IMG/VR virus record: IMGVR_UViG_3300020057_000496
Location: 32,001-96,000 of that record
Direction: 5' to 3' (one strand)
DNA: 64,000 nt
DNA from: a virus
Under the pieces are notes generated by a model. The model worked only from the letters and a program-made list of their open reading frames with translations. It had not been told where the DNA came from and did not search any database. A program made the translations under genes and the position numbers. Positions 38,568 to 47,963 of this stretch are shown here, in pieces (within the stretch, counting starts at the first letter, position 1; each line of letters opens with the position of its first letter).

Positions 38568-38804
38568 CTACCTTACCCGAACCCACTGCAGACGACCGCC
38601 CAGCATAACGAGGACGATATAGTGCTCAGTTCTTTTACGATAGGCCACATGTTCAAGTCCGCCTTCGTCAATGAATGCGTCCAGGAATAGCCCACCGTCA
38701 TAGGCCACATGTTCAAGTCCGCCTTCGTCAATGAATGCGTCCAGGAATAGCCCACCGTCATTTTGGTCTGGCTGGAAGTAATCTGTTCGAATACGATACA
38801 ACAT
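38568..38804 (-). CDS. array micro-ORF (LDAF type) with in-frame 60 bp duplication
   Basis: 38641-38700 identical to 38701-38760. Confidence 0.8.
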   Translation of the reverse strand: MLYRIRTDYFQPDQNDGGLFLDAFIDEGGLEHVAYDGGLFLDAFIDEGGLEHVAYRKRTEHYIVLVMLGGRLQWVRVR

Positions 38805-38829
38805 TATGGTTACGATGGAGTATGATTTA

Positions 38830-39015
38830 TCAACATAGGTTAAGGAACTTAATGTCGTAAATCCAGGAACCATTAGATATCCGTGGTGGTAGATGGTACG
38901 GGCAGTACGGGTAATCATTACACCTAAAATACAACCCACTCCCTACCTTACAGTAAACCACGCACTTAGCACGACCATATGGGGTTACGTGCCCTGTAAA
39001 TATTCTATATAACAT
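38830..39015 (-). CDS. array micro-ORF (MLYRIFTGH; Cys/His type)
   Basis: 61 aa. Confidence 0.75.
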   Translation of the reverse strand: MLYRIFTGHVTPYGRAKCVVYCKVGSGLYFRCNDYPYCPYHLPPRISNGSWIYDIKFLNLC

Positions 39016-39553
39016 TTAGGACACGAAGGACGAAGGTTCGGATCCTAGCTAGAACGAAGTCACGGTCCGAGAACTCCTCTTCTGAGATTTCAAGGAGACT
39101 TATTCTACGTTCCAGCAGGAAGAGTCTCTTATTCGAACCACTCCGGATACTGCCCTTGGTGGCGTGCCAGAAGGACCCGTTGGCCTCTATGGCTAGATGG
39201 AGGGCTGGGAGCCAGCAATCCACTACGTACTTCTCGCCAACCAGGGCCTGCTCTTCGTATTCGAACCCCAGTTCCTGCTGAAGTTCGAGCAGGACGTCGT
39301 TAAGGGCATCTTCGATCCAAGTCCGTGGCATGCTACGGACGGCACAGAGGTGCGAGCAATACCGGTCCCTTCCGCGTCTCATATTGCCAGCCTTACGGTA
39401 TAGCGGAAGGCCGCATTCGAGGCAAGTGGAGAGTCCGCCGCCGCGACGTCCGGCGTCCCACTGCTCCCATATCTTGCGGCAGACCTGGCCGCAGAAGGTG
39501 GTCAGCCTCCGTGACGACAAGAAGGGGTAGCTACAGGAAAGACAGAACCGCAT
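39005..39553 (-). CDS. Zn-finger + Vsr/DUF559-like PD-(D/E)XK endonuclease (homing-endonuclease-like)
   Basis: CxxC..FCxxxC repeats, IEDAL..YEEQ..YVVDCW..LAIEANGSFWH. Confidence 0.75.
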   Translation of the reverse strand: MRFCLSCSYPFLSSRRLTTFCGQVCRKIWEQWDAGRRGGGLSTCLECGLPLYRKAGNMRRGRDRYCSHLCAVRSMPRTWIEDALNDVLLELQQELGFEYEEQALVGEKYVVDCWLPALHLAIEANGSFWHATKGSIRSGSNKRLFLLERRISLLEISEEEFSDRDFVLARIRTFVLRVLNVI

Positions 39554-39730
39554 TGGTGCATCCTTGTTGAGTCGTACTTCGACTTACTTACGACGGAAGA
39601 ATTAGTGCAATCGATATTTGATTCGCCCAAGTCCACCATTAGGATACCTGACTAAGGTCAAGGCCCCCAGAACACCGAGATTCAGCCTGGGCACGGTCCG
39701 CTAACCCAGTAAGCTGTTTTAATATTAGAA

Positions 39731-39943
39731 TTACCAAACGAAGTAGTGCTGTTTTCCTTCAACATATCGCCAAGCCTGGAAGCTTCTGGGGGACCTCGTG
39801 AAGTGATTCCGGCATTTCGGGTGTTCTGTGCACAGATATGTCCCTTCCCCTGGATGCCCCTCAACACGCGGGCCGATCTTCAGCACGCATGGATAAAACC
39901 CTGGGTCAGCGTACAGGTAGTCTGTTTTTATGTGATATAGCAT
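39731..39943 (-). CDS. array micro-ORF (Cys/His type)
   Basis: 70 aa MLYHIKTDY. Confidence 0.8.
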   Translation of the reverse strand: MLYHIKTDYLYADPGFYPCVLKIGPRVEGHPGEGTYLCTEHPKCRNHFTRSPRSFQAWRYVEGKQHYFVW

Positions 39944-40070
39944 TATGGACCCGAAGGGGACAGAAGCATTATGGACCCGAAGGGGACAGAAGCATTATGG
40001 ACCCGAAGGGGACAGAAGCATTATGGACCCGAAGGGGACAGAAGCATTATGGACCCGAAGGGGACAGAAG
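39941..40070. repeat. 26 bp tandem repeat x5
   Basis: (cattatggacccgaaggggacagaag)5; 2 more copies at 41444-41495. Confidence 0.95.
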
Positions 40071-40089
40071 GATTATTAAGACCGGCTAA

Positions 40090-40524
40090 TTACACAACTC
40101 TGATCCAGTCCTTTTTAACCCAAGAGTACCAATTGCGTCAAGCTCCGTCACCAGAAGTCATCGCTTCTTGCCCCCTGGCGCCCGATTCCGGCAACTGTTG
40201 CCGGAATCGTTGCCGGAATGGGCGGCCGGAAACCGGGGAAGCGGTACGAGTCGGAGAGATGACGGCGAGGTCTCGGCAATGGCATCGCGCAATCATGCCG
40301 AGTTTTCGCAGCGGCTCAACCCCTCCCTGAGCCGCTTCCGGAGCGGGTTTTCTCCTTCTCAACCCTGCTCGGCTACCCACTCAAACCCCCGAAGAGCCAA
40401 TATTAAGAAAGAGGTCCGAAGTATTCAGACAGTCGAGGTCCGAAGTATGCAGACAGCCACTGAACGCACAAAGCCAGGAGCCGACAGCCAAAACTAGATA
40501 ATCTGTTCGAATAGTATATAACAT
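40090..40524 (-). pseudogene. array micro-ORF interrupted by ~240 bp GC-rich insert
   Basis: MLYTIRTDYL...DLFLNIGSSGV* (40381-40524) and separated tail RNWYSWVKKDWIRVV* (40090-40137). Confidence 0.7.
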
Positions 40525-40549
40525 GAGATGTCGTACTTCGACTCATGAA

Positions 40550-40747
40550 TCATGCGTTCATTATTAGGAAGTTCCCGTTAACCGTACAGACCCACTTATT
40601 TTTATGCAGACGGCACGCGCCGTCGAGACATGTTATATATATAAATGGGTCCCAGCCTTGCTTTCCCGGAAAATAGACCAACCGTATACAGCTTGCTGCG
40701 CCGTTACCAGCAGTGCCTAGCCAATTTGTTTTGATAGTATACAACAT
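40550..40747 (-). CDS. array micro-ORF (MLYTIKTNW; Cys/His type)
   Basis: ATG 40747. Confidence 0.75.
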   Translation of the reverse strand: MLYTIKTNWLGTAGNGAASCIRLVYFPGKQGWDPFIYITCLDGACRLHKNKWVCTVNGNFLIMNA

Positions 40748-40794
40748 GGGTAGTTTAAGTAACAACCACGTGTCGCACCTGACACCGAAGGGGC

Positions 40795-40989
40795 CTACTT
40801 AACCCGAAGCCAGCCCCCCCGGGTCCAGGAGTACCACATAGAACTACCTTTTGGTATCGAAGGTCTGAGAAAAGGCCTGTTGATATTCATAAAGAAATCC
40901 GGTGTCCCCCAGTACTCCGAGAACGCCTGAAGCTCGGCACCGAAGTCCGAAGCCGGAACTAAATAGTCTGTTTTAATGTGATATAACAT
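40795..40989 (-). CDS. array micro-ORF (ELQAF type)
   Basis: 64 aa. Confidence 0.8.
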   Translation of the reverse strand: MLYHIKTDYLVPASDFGAELQAFSEYWGTPDFFMNINRPFLRPSIPKGSSMWYSWTRGGWLRVK

Positions 40990-41011
40990 GCGGCACCTAC
41001 GTTAAGGGGCC

Positions 41012-41209
41012 TTACCGGACGCGAACCCAGGTCTTCCTAGCCCAGGAGTACCACATCGAACCACCTTCTGGTATCGGATATTCGCATTTAATGGACCTTT
41101 CAATATTAATAAAGAAGTCCGGTGTCCCCCAGTAATCCGGGAACGCCTGAAGCTCGGCTTTAAGACTCATAGCCGGAATTAAATGGTCTGTTCGAATATG
41201 ATACAGCAC
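41012..41209 (-). CDS. array micro-ORF (ELQAF type)
   Basis: 65 aa. Confidence 0.8.
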   Translation of the reverse strand: MLYHIRTDHLIPAMSLKAELQAFPDYWGTPDFFINIERSIKCEYPIPEGGSMWYSWARKTWVRVR

Positions 41210-41215
41210 GGCGCA

Positions 41216-41446
41216 TCACACTAGTGGCTTAAAATCCAGGATATACGTCTTATTTCTACTACACCGGACCCACTGGTTCGGCTTCATGATCCTTTTTTTC
41301 CTAACTACGCACAGAGTAGTCCGAAGACTAATTCGATAATACAGTATATTGAGCGGCGCATTTTCTAGCTCAATATCGAACACGCATTTTTCTAACCCGT
41401 ATACCCCGGACACGACCAGGTAGCTCGTTCTGAGTTTATATAGCAT
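41216..41446 (-). CDS. array micro-ORF (MLYKLRTSY)
   Basis: 76 aa. Confidence 0.75.
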   Translation of the reverse strand: MLYKLRTSYLVVSGVYGLEKCVFDIELENAPLNILYYRISLRTTLCVVRKKRIMKPNQWVRCSRNKTYILDFKPLV

Positions 41447-41618
41447 TATGGACCCGAAGGGGACAGAAGCATTATGGACCCGAAGGGGACAGAAGGATTA
41501 CGGACACGAAGCGGCCGGAAGGATTATTAAGACCGGCTAGTTACACAACTCTGATCCAATCCTTTTTAGCCCAAGAGTACCAATTGCGTCAAGCTCCGTC
41601 AAGCTCCGTCAAGCTCCG

Positions 41619-41900
41619 TCAAGCTAGCAGGTAGAGGGACGGCAGCATGGTTGTGAGGATCTTGAGTCGCAGGTACTCCTCATCACGTAGGCCGCCGAAT
41701 TCTATATAGATCCTATTGATACAACCGGCCCCATGTTTATGCCTGACCAGACAAAGACGGAGCCTAAAGCGAGAGAGGCTATTTTCTTGATAGGGCAAAG
41801 CTAAGCTGAAACGGAACGCAAATCCATAATTCGAATAGTACATAACAAATAAAGGGTTATTTGGCATATGCAGGTAGTCTGTTTTAATGTGATACAACAT
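41619..41900 (-). CDS. array micro-ORF (MLYHIKTDY)
   Basis: 93 aa; ends in gtcaagctcc repeats. Confidence 0.75.
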   Translation of the reverse strand: MLYHIKTDYLHMPNNPLFVMYYSNYGFAFRFSLALPYQENSLSRFRLRLCLVRHKHGAGCINRIYIEFGGLRDEEYLRLKILTTMLPSLYLLA

Positions 41901-41925
41901 GAGATGTTAATACTTCGACATCGAG

Positions 41926-42111
41926 CTATCTTACTCGAACCCACACAGGTCGGCCGTTTACCGTTGCCAGAATGCAATGCTTCTTAGTTATCTTATTATA
42001 GGCCAGATGTTCAAGTCCGTGTTCATCCCGGAACGCATCAAGAAACGCTGACATCACCCTGGACACGCTATACGTGGGCGTGAAGTAGTCTGTTCGAATA
42101 TGATATAACAC
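41926..42111 (-). CDS. array micro-ORF (LDAF type)
   Basis: GTG start 42111. Confidence 0.8.
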   Translation of the reverse strand: MLYHIRTDYFTPTYSVSRVMSAFLDAFRDEHGLEHLAYNKITKKHCILATVNGRPVWVRVR

Positions 42112-42189
42112 ATAGACACAAATAAGGAAAAGTTCACACGAAATAGTAACATTTTCCATTCATATTTCGCCAGGCCATAAGCGGGAGCA

Positions 42190-42229
42190 TTGACATCCTC
42201 CCCGCCCTAAAGGACGAGGATTCCTACTG
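42190..42229 (-). mobile_element. IS605 right end of second tnpB
   Basis: minus strand GGAATCCTCGTCCTTTAGGGCGGGGAGGATGTCAA. Confidence 0.85.
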
Positions 42230-43262
42230 CTAGCGTCGCATGCCCGCGACGGAGAATGTTCTTGGCGGCATTCACATCACGATCGTGACGTGTGCCGCAC
42301 TCCGAACAAGTCCATTCCCTTATTCCAAGACATGTAATACCTTTCGGCCTCGACTCGGGGAGTGATCCGCAAGACGAGCATGTTTGGGTGGAGTACGCTT
42401 CGTTGACCTCAACGAACAACACGCCAGCGTTTTCGCTTTTGTAATGCAGCATTGTTCGGAACGACGACCAGCCTGCATCTAAGACGGACTTTGCCATTTT
42501 AGTTTTTGCAAGGCCGGAGGCGTTCACATTACCAACGAAGATCGCACCATTCTCACTCACGAGATTGGTGCTCAGTTTGTGCAGGAAGTCTTTCCTGCGG
42601 TTTGCTATTTGAGCGTGAATCGTTTTGACTTGTTTCGTCTTGTTAGCACGCTGCGCCGTTGCCAGCTTGACCTCTGCACCACGGTAAAGGCGCTGCGCTT
42701 CGATTTTCACGCCATTAGACATTGTAGCGAAGTCTTTCAAACCAAGATCAATGCCAACGGATGCAACGCCGGTCGATTTTGCTACAGCAACTTCGACGCA
42801 GATATTGGCGTACCAACGGCCACGAGTATCTTGGCTGAAACTGCCGGAACCTAATTTGTATTGGTCTAGTCCGTAACTATCCCATAACCCAAAGCACTGA
42901 CCCGCATAGCGTATCTGACCGCCTTTGTAGGCGATGCAGTCATGTCGGAATGGAATCCAGCCCAAGGACTTGCGCGCACCAAATGACGTGCGCCAGCGCA
43001 GCTTGGCTTTCTTGAACTGCTTGCGACGCGTAACTAGTTCAGCACCGATCATTTGTACCGATGCTGAATTGATTGACAATCCTTCCTTCGTTGCTCCTGC
43101 AGTATATTTTTGCAGGTCGTAACTACTGAAGAATTTACCAGTGCGTCGGAGGTGTTTATAGGATAGTTCATTGCAGTAATTCCACACCGTATTGACATCC
43201 AACGCCAAGGCATCGAGTGCCTTAGCGTGTTTGTCTTTGATACGGACTCGCAATGTTTTCAT
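42207..43262 (-). CDS. tnpB: TnpB RNA-guided nuclease, rearranged RuvC-II
   Basis: VGIDLGLK, IFVGNV, VNEAYSTQTCSSC, CSEC, HDRDVNAAKNI. Confidence 0.95.
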   Translation of the reverse strand: MKTLRVRIKDKHAKALDALALDVNTVWNYCNELSYKHLRRTGKFFSSYDLQKYTAGATKEGLSINSASVQMIGAELVTRRKQFKKAKLRWRTSFGARKSLGWIPFRHDCIAYKGGQIRYAGQCFGLWDSYGLDQYKLGSGSFSQDTRGRWYANICVEVAVAKSTGVASVGIDLGLKDFATMSNGVKIEAQRLYRGAEVKLATAQRANKTKQVKTIHAQIANRRKDFLHKLSTNLVSENGAIFVGNVNASGLAKTKMAKSVLDAGWSSFRTMLHYKSENAGVLFVEVNEAYSTQTCSSCGSLPESRPKGITCLGIREWTCSECGTRHDRDVNAAKNILRRGHATLAVGILVL

Positions 43263-43264
43263 GT

Positions 43265-43486
43265 TTAAACTAGGCGGACAATTGCATTAGCTTGAAGCAA
43301 CCAGGGAACACCACGCGACTGTTCTGGATGAATCAAGCAGTGGTCGTTATGACACTGATATAGCCCCTGGCGACTGTCGTCAGCCGAGAGGGGTTCTGCC
43401 CTTAACGCCGAGGTGAAGCTCGCCGAGATACAGGGAACGTAGTTCCGGTGCTTAGTCCAGTAGTCTGTTCGAATAGAATACAACAT
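43265..43486 (-). CDS. array micro-ORF (MLYSIRTDYW; Cys/His type)
   Basis: ATG 43486. Confidence 0.8.
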   Translation of the reverse strand: MLYSIRTDYWTKHRNYVPCISASFTSALRAEPLSADDSRQGLYQCHNDHCLIHPEQSRGVPWLLQANAIVRLV

Positions 43487-43526
43487 CAATATCTCTCCAC
43501 GGAGGTGTGGATCACCATCGTCGTTT

Positions 43527-43709
43527 TCAAACGAGAACGACATAATCGTGGTTTTTATACGAGAACGATATACAGGCGCTCGTATCTCCCTGCCAATAAG
43601 TAAATAGCCTCAAGTTATACTCGCCAGTGTAATCTCGCATGGCACATAAGTTCTTTGTTGGGTCAAGGCCCACTGCCACAAAGTGGTCGGTTCTAATTTT
43701 ACACAGCAA
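43527..43709 (-). CDS. array micro-ORF (MLCKIRTDH)
   Basis: TTG 43709. Confidence 0.7.
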   Translation of the reverse strand: MLCKIRTDHFVAVGLDPTKNLCAMRDYTGEYNLRLFTYWQGDTSACISFSYKNHDYVVLV

Positions 43710-43710
43710 G

Positions 43711-43804
43711 GTGAGGTGTCGATACTTCGATACCGTGAGGTGTCGATACTTCGATACCGTGAGGTGTCGATACTTCGATACCGTGAGTGTCGCACTTCGA
43801 TACC
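43711..43804. repeat. 24 bp tandem expansion of the intergenic hairpin motif (x3 + 1 degenerate)
   Basis: (gtgaggtgtcgatacttcgatacc)3. Confidence 0.9.
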
Positions 43805-43813
43805 GAGGTGAGA

Positions 43814-44041
43814 TCACCTAAAATAAACAGTAATATCTAAATCACTATTGATGATTCTAAATCTAGTTTTATGATATATACTGGAGTGCGTAGCGCTACT
43901 GGAGTGCGTAGCGCAACTGTCATTACGGCAGAACCTCATCTCGTACCGCAGGGGCCTCCCGGAATCAAAGGCCATCTCTAGACAATGAAGAAATGACGGA
44001 ACGTTCGCCACGAGATAGTCCGTTCTTATTATGTACAGCAC
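43814..44041 (-). CDS. array micro-ORF (MLYIIRTDY; Cys/His type)
   Basis: 75 aa. Confidence 0.8.
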   Translation of the reverse strand: MLYIIRTDYLVANVPSFLHCLEMAFDSGRPLRYEMRFCRNDSCATHSSSATHSSIYHKTRFRIINSDLDITVYFR

Positions 44042-44043
44042 GG

Positions 44044-44253
44044 CTATCTTAACTCAACCCAGGCACTTAGTCTCCACGAAAACCACACAGAGCGGCGGGG
44101 CTTGAGCCCGCCCGGACGTCCACTGAAATCATGCGCGGAATCCACATTTAGGAACAAGTCTCCGGTGCCGTTCATGTCGGCAAAGGCTCGCAGATTGATT
44201 CCTGGCACGTCAGATGTCGTGCTTAAATAATCCGTTCTGATGTGGTACAACAT
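44044..44253 (-). CDS. array micro-ORF (LRAF..GTGDL..WFSW type)
   Basis: 69 aa; motif encoded by wholly synonymous codons. Confidence 0.8.
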   Translation of the reverse strand: MLYHIRTDYLSTTSDVPGINLRAFADMNGTGDLFLNVDSAHDFSGRPGGLKPRRSVWFSWRLSAWVELR

Positions 44254-44360
44254 ACCCTAAATAAAATATAACATTACGGATACGGAGTAGACGTAAGGAC
44301 CACGAACACTCAGCGTCGAGTCGTACTTCGATTCATCGGAAATCCTCTCGGCGGAGACCG

Positions 44361-44421
44361 GGGCAGAACGTTGTCATCACTTGGCGGAAAGCCCCAGCCT
44401 TCAGGCCGGGGAAGACGTTAC
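44361..44421 (+). mobile_element. orphan copy of the first tnpB's right end
   Basis: gggcagaacgttgtc..cactt..cggaaagccccagcctt.aggccggggaagacgttac, near-identical to 12748-12809. Confidence 0.85.
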
Positions 44422-44989
44422 CAGCGCGACGAAGCCGGTCCCACTCGGCTTGCACCTCCGGCAGCGATGACGTTGCCGCGTCCGCGTCGCCGAGCGGCTC
44501 GAGCGCGCGCCGACGAACGCTGTACGTCTTTCCGGTCCCGGGCGGCCCGTACAGGATGATGTTCGACGCCGGGCCAGTCGGCGTGTAGGTCTTCGCGGGC
44601 GTAGCGGTGGCGACCGTGTTGGTCTGCACGTCGCGCAGGATGGCGTCGATGCCGATCTTGAACTGCTGTGCCTCGGCCTCCGTGATCTCGCGCAGCTCCG
44701 GCGCCGCCGACAACTCCGGCGCCTGCATCATCGGTAGCCGGCGCCAGTAGAGTTGCGTCTCCTTCCCGCCGTCGAGCGCCAGCACGCGGGCGAGCGCGAC
44801 GACGCTATCGCCATCATGCAGAGCGATCACGTGGCCCGCGCGGATGCCCTCTTGAAAGAGCTTCGACGGTACGGCGTACGACGCGGGCAAGTCGCTCACG
44901 CGCACCTCGTCCTTCGCGGCGAGTTGGGCCCGCTGCTCGGCGGGCGCGATGTCCTTTAGAGGTACGAACCAGAAGCGGGCGTTACTCAT
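44422..44989 (-). pseudogene. mcrB: 3'-truncated McrB-like AAA+ GTPase
   Basis: NIILYGPPGTGKTY, then cut by the IS end. Confidence 0.7.
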
Positions 44990-47963
44990 CGCTCGCCCTC
45001 TCACTGCCAAACAGGCTCGACCAGCCGCCTGCGCGTTCAATGCATTGATCGATCTCGCTCGAGACCTCAACGAGTCGACCGCAGGCCTCAACGATCGAGC
45101 GGAAGGTGGCGATCTCCTCGTCAGACAGCGAACGCTCGTTCTTGCGCCGATCGTCGAGCCACTTATGACAGACCTGATAGGCCCCGATGGTAAACTCCCA
45201 CGAGGCAACGGGAACGGCGTCGAAGTAGCTCGTCGCGTTGATGAACAGACGCCCCTGCGACGCGCTGGGTGCCGTGAGTCGCATGGTCTTACCCCCCTCG
45301 CCGACCTTGGTTACTTCGCGGTCCGCGCCGTTGAACTTCGCCAACGCCCTAGGCGCCGCTACCTCCAACAAGTATGCGGACGCGAGCTGTCCTCCAAGCT
45401 CGCTCAGCTCGTGAAACGCGACCAACGTCGGGGGGACCGGAATCTTCGGGAAGTCCACCTGCAGCATGTCCAGGTACCGTTTCCGGTACTCAGGCGAGTG
45501 CAGGATCGCGACGATGTAGTCGAAGAGCAGTTCCGGCCACGAAGTCACTCCGCGAGAGGTCGGCCACTTGCTGCGTGGGCCAAGCGTCTGCTCGAAGCGC
45601 GCCACAGCACTCTCCGCGAAGTTGGCGACGCGGAGTGCTCCATCGGCCTCCGGGCTCAAGTACAGAGGGAACGCGTAGCCACGCTCCCTGCTCCTATTGG
45701 AGACGCAACTGTCATCGACGATGCGGTCGGCTACCAGCACATGGCTCCAAGTTGGGCTGACGATCTGGCGACAGACCATGAGGCAGCGATTGGTGGCCAC
45801 GGGGCGAAGATGAACAAAGACATCTTCCCGCGGCCAGTCGACCATCCAAGGCGCGTAGTAGACGTGCCGCGTGTCGAAGGGCCTGTAGAGGCACGGCTCG
45901 GGGCGAGTGCGCCACTGCCGGTCAGCCGCCACCTTCTTTCGAGCCTCGGAGAGTTTCCATCCCCTGGTATCGCCCGGCGGATATTTGCCTTCGCTTCGTT
46001 CTCCGAAAAAGCGGGAGCGAACTGCCGCATCGCTGACGGACGCGTCGCGAAAATCCTCGATGCGGTCGAGAAGGCTTTCGGCATCGAAGTCGACCACCAA
46101 ACCGTCGCGCGCGGTGATGAGCCCAGTCGTCGAGGTGGCCATCAGGTCGGTCACTTTGATGAACGTGGCAAAGTCTGCGCTTCCTCCCGCCTGCCACGGG
46201 AAGAAGAAGTAGTAGGGAGTGGAGGGCGCAAGCGCTGCGAGCCGGCCAGCGCCGGCCTCCAGCAGCGCCAGCTTCTCTTTCCTCACTCCCCAGACGTCTC
46301 GATGAAGCACGACAGACGTCGGAGCGGTGGACGAGGAAGGCGTCGCGCTGCGGACCATGATGGCGATCGCAACGCCCTGCTGAATCTGGAAGACGTTCTC
46401 GTCGGTGACCCCTTTCGGCATGCGTCGGCGATTCTTCGTGCTCCCATTCAGATCGATCACCTTAATTCGAGGGAACGTGCGCATGAGTTGCTGACGCATT
46501 CCTCGGAACGTCGGGTTGGAGAGGTAGCCGTTGTTCGTGACCATTCCCACGACGCCGAGCCCGGAGCACTCGATCCGCCACTGCGCCATACGGATGAACT
46601 TTACGTAGTCATCGTTCAGCCAGAGCTTCTTCTCGCCAAGCGACTGCCCATCGACCTCGTAGTAGCTGCCCGTCGCTTGGTCGGACGGCGACACGCCCTT
46701 CAACAGCCCGACGATCCATCCTCCGTTGTTCTGTGAGACGGCAGCGTACGGCGGGTTGCCGACGACCACGGTGATGGCCGCGCGAACCTTGGTTTCCTCC
46801 GCTAGGCGGGACTCGTCGGCCACATTCGCGCCCAGCATTTCGAGTTGCTTGCCGGTGTGCGGTTCGAGCGAGTTCGTAAGGAACACCCGCAGTCGATCGT
46901 TCTTCGCGAACGTGAAGCCGGTCTCCTGCAGCGCGAGGCCGAGCCGCAGGTGGCTTACGATGTATGGCGCCATCATCAGCTCGAAGCCGTTGATGCGCGG
47001 GAGCAGATCACGGCGGACGTAGCCGACCCACGCCTTCTTTGCGGCCTCCTCGTCGAGTCCCTGCTTCTTGAACTCGGCCTGCATCGTTTCGTGGATGACC
47101 TCGATGACGCGCAGGAGGAACGTGCCCGTGCCGAGCGCCGGGTCGAGCACCTGGACGAACGCAGCCTTCGGGTCGACGCCCTCGGGCACGCTGAGGTTCT
47201 TCGCCTTGGCGAAGGCCGCCCACGTCGTCGTGTCGGCGAGGCCGAGCGGAAGACCGAAGTCGCTCCGCAACGACGCGTGCGCCGTGCGCACGATGTAGCT
47301 GACCACCTCGTCGGGCGTGTAGTAGACGCCCTGGTCCCTGCGGAGCTGAGGGTCGTAGGCGTCGAGGAAGTCTTCGTAGAAGTGGATCGACGGGTCGCGC
47401 TTCTGGTCGCGGAAGACCTGCGCCACCGAGGTCCGCGCGAGCAGGCTCGTGATGTCGTCGAGCAGCCACGAGAGGTTCTTGTCGAAGTTGGAGTTGACCA
47501 GCTTGTCGAACAGGTCCTTGAGGAACGCGCTCGTCTCGGGGAGCAGATCCTTCAGGTTCTTGCGCGTGAACAGCGGGCTCTCGCTCCTCGAGATCCAGCG
47601 CGCGGCCAACATGCCGTAGGTGACGGTTTGCGCGTAGGCGTCGGCGAACTTCTCGACGCTGAGGGTCGCGAGCGCCTGATTGCAAATGTCGAAGAGCTGT
47701 TTCAGTGGGCCACCCCCGCGCGCGATCTCGCGCTCCAGCTCCTCGATCGCGATCGCCTTCAAATGGCGGGCACGCCAGGCGAGTTCGGTGGCGAGCTGGG
47801 CAGGCTTCTCAACCGCGCGCGGCACCGAAGCCGTGCCGTCGCTATCACTGCCGAAGACGTCGTCGCCGCTGAACGCAGCGCTCGAGGCCTTCTTCTGCGC
47901 TCGTTTTGGGGCAGCCGGTGCACCGTCGAGAATGCGGCGGACGAACTCTTCTTTGCTCAGCAT
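44982..47963 (-). CDS. type ISP/IIG-like N6-adenine methyltransferase + specificity domain (GC-rich, host-derived)
   Basis: FADAYAQTVTYG, HFYEDFL..YD, GVYYTP, LDPALGTGTF, GNPPY, LYRPFD, IGAYQVCHKWL; no N-terminal nuclease/helicase evident. Confidence 0.88.
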   Translation of the reverse strand: MLSKEEFVRRILDGAPAAPKRAQKKASSAAFSGDDVFGSDSDGTASVPRAVEKPAQLATELAWRARHLKAIAIEELEREIARGGGPLKQLFDICNQALATLSVEKFADAYAQTVTYGMLAARWISRSESPLFTRKNLKDLLPETSAFLKDLFDKLVNSNFDKNLSWLLDDITSLLARTSVAQVFRDQKRDPSIHFYEDFLDAYDPQLRRDQGVYYTPDEVVSYIVRTAHASLRSDFGLPLGLADTTTWAAFAKAKNLSVPEGVDPKAAFVQVLDPALGTGTFLLRVIEVIHETMQAEFKKQGLDEEAAKKAWVGYVRRDLLPRINGFELMMAPYIVSHLRLGLALQETGFTFAKNDRLRVFLTNSLEPHTGKQLEMLGANVADESRLAEETKVRAAITVVVGNPPYAAVSQNNGGWIVGLLKGVSPSDQATGSYYEVDGQSLGEKKLWLNDDYVKFIRMAQWRIECSGLGVVGMVTNNGYLSNPTFRGMRQQLMRTFPRIKVIDLNGSTKNRRRMPKGVTDENVFQIQQGVAIAIMVRSATPSSSTAPTSVVLHRDVWGVRKEKLALLEAGAGRLAALAPSTPYYFFFPWQAGGSADFATFIKVTDLMATSTTGLITARDGLVVDFDAESLLDRIEDFRDASVSDAAVRSRFFGERSEGKYPPGDTRGWKLSEARKKVAADRQWRTRPEPCLYRPFDTRHVYYAPWMVDWPREDVFVHLRPVATNRCLMVCRQIVSPTWSHVLVADRIVDDSCVSNRSRERGYAFPLYLSPEADGALRVANFAESAVARFEQTLGPRSKWPTSRGVTSWPELLFDYIVAILHSPEYRKRYLDMLQVDFPKIPVPPTLVAFHELSELGGQLASAYLLEVAAPRALAKFNGADREVTKVGEGGKTMRLTAPSASQGRLFINATSYFDAVPVASWEFTIGAYQVCHKWLDDRRKNERSLSDEEIATFRSIVEACGRLVEVSSEIDQCIERAGGWSSLFGSERASDE

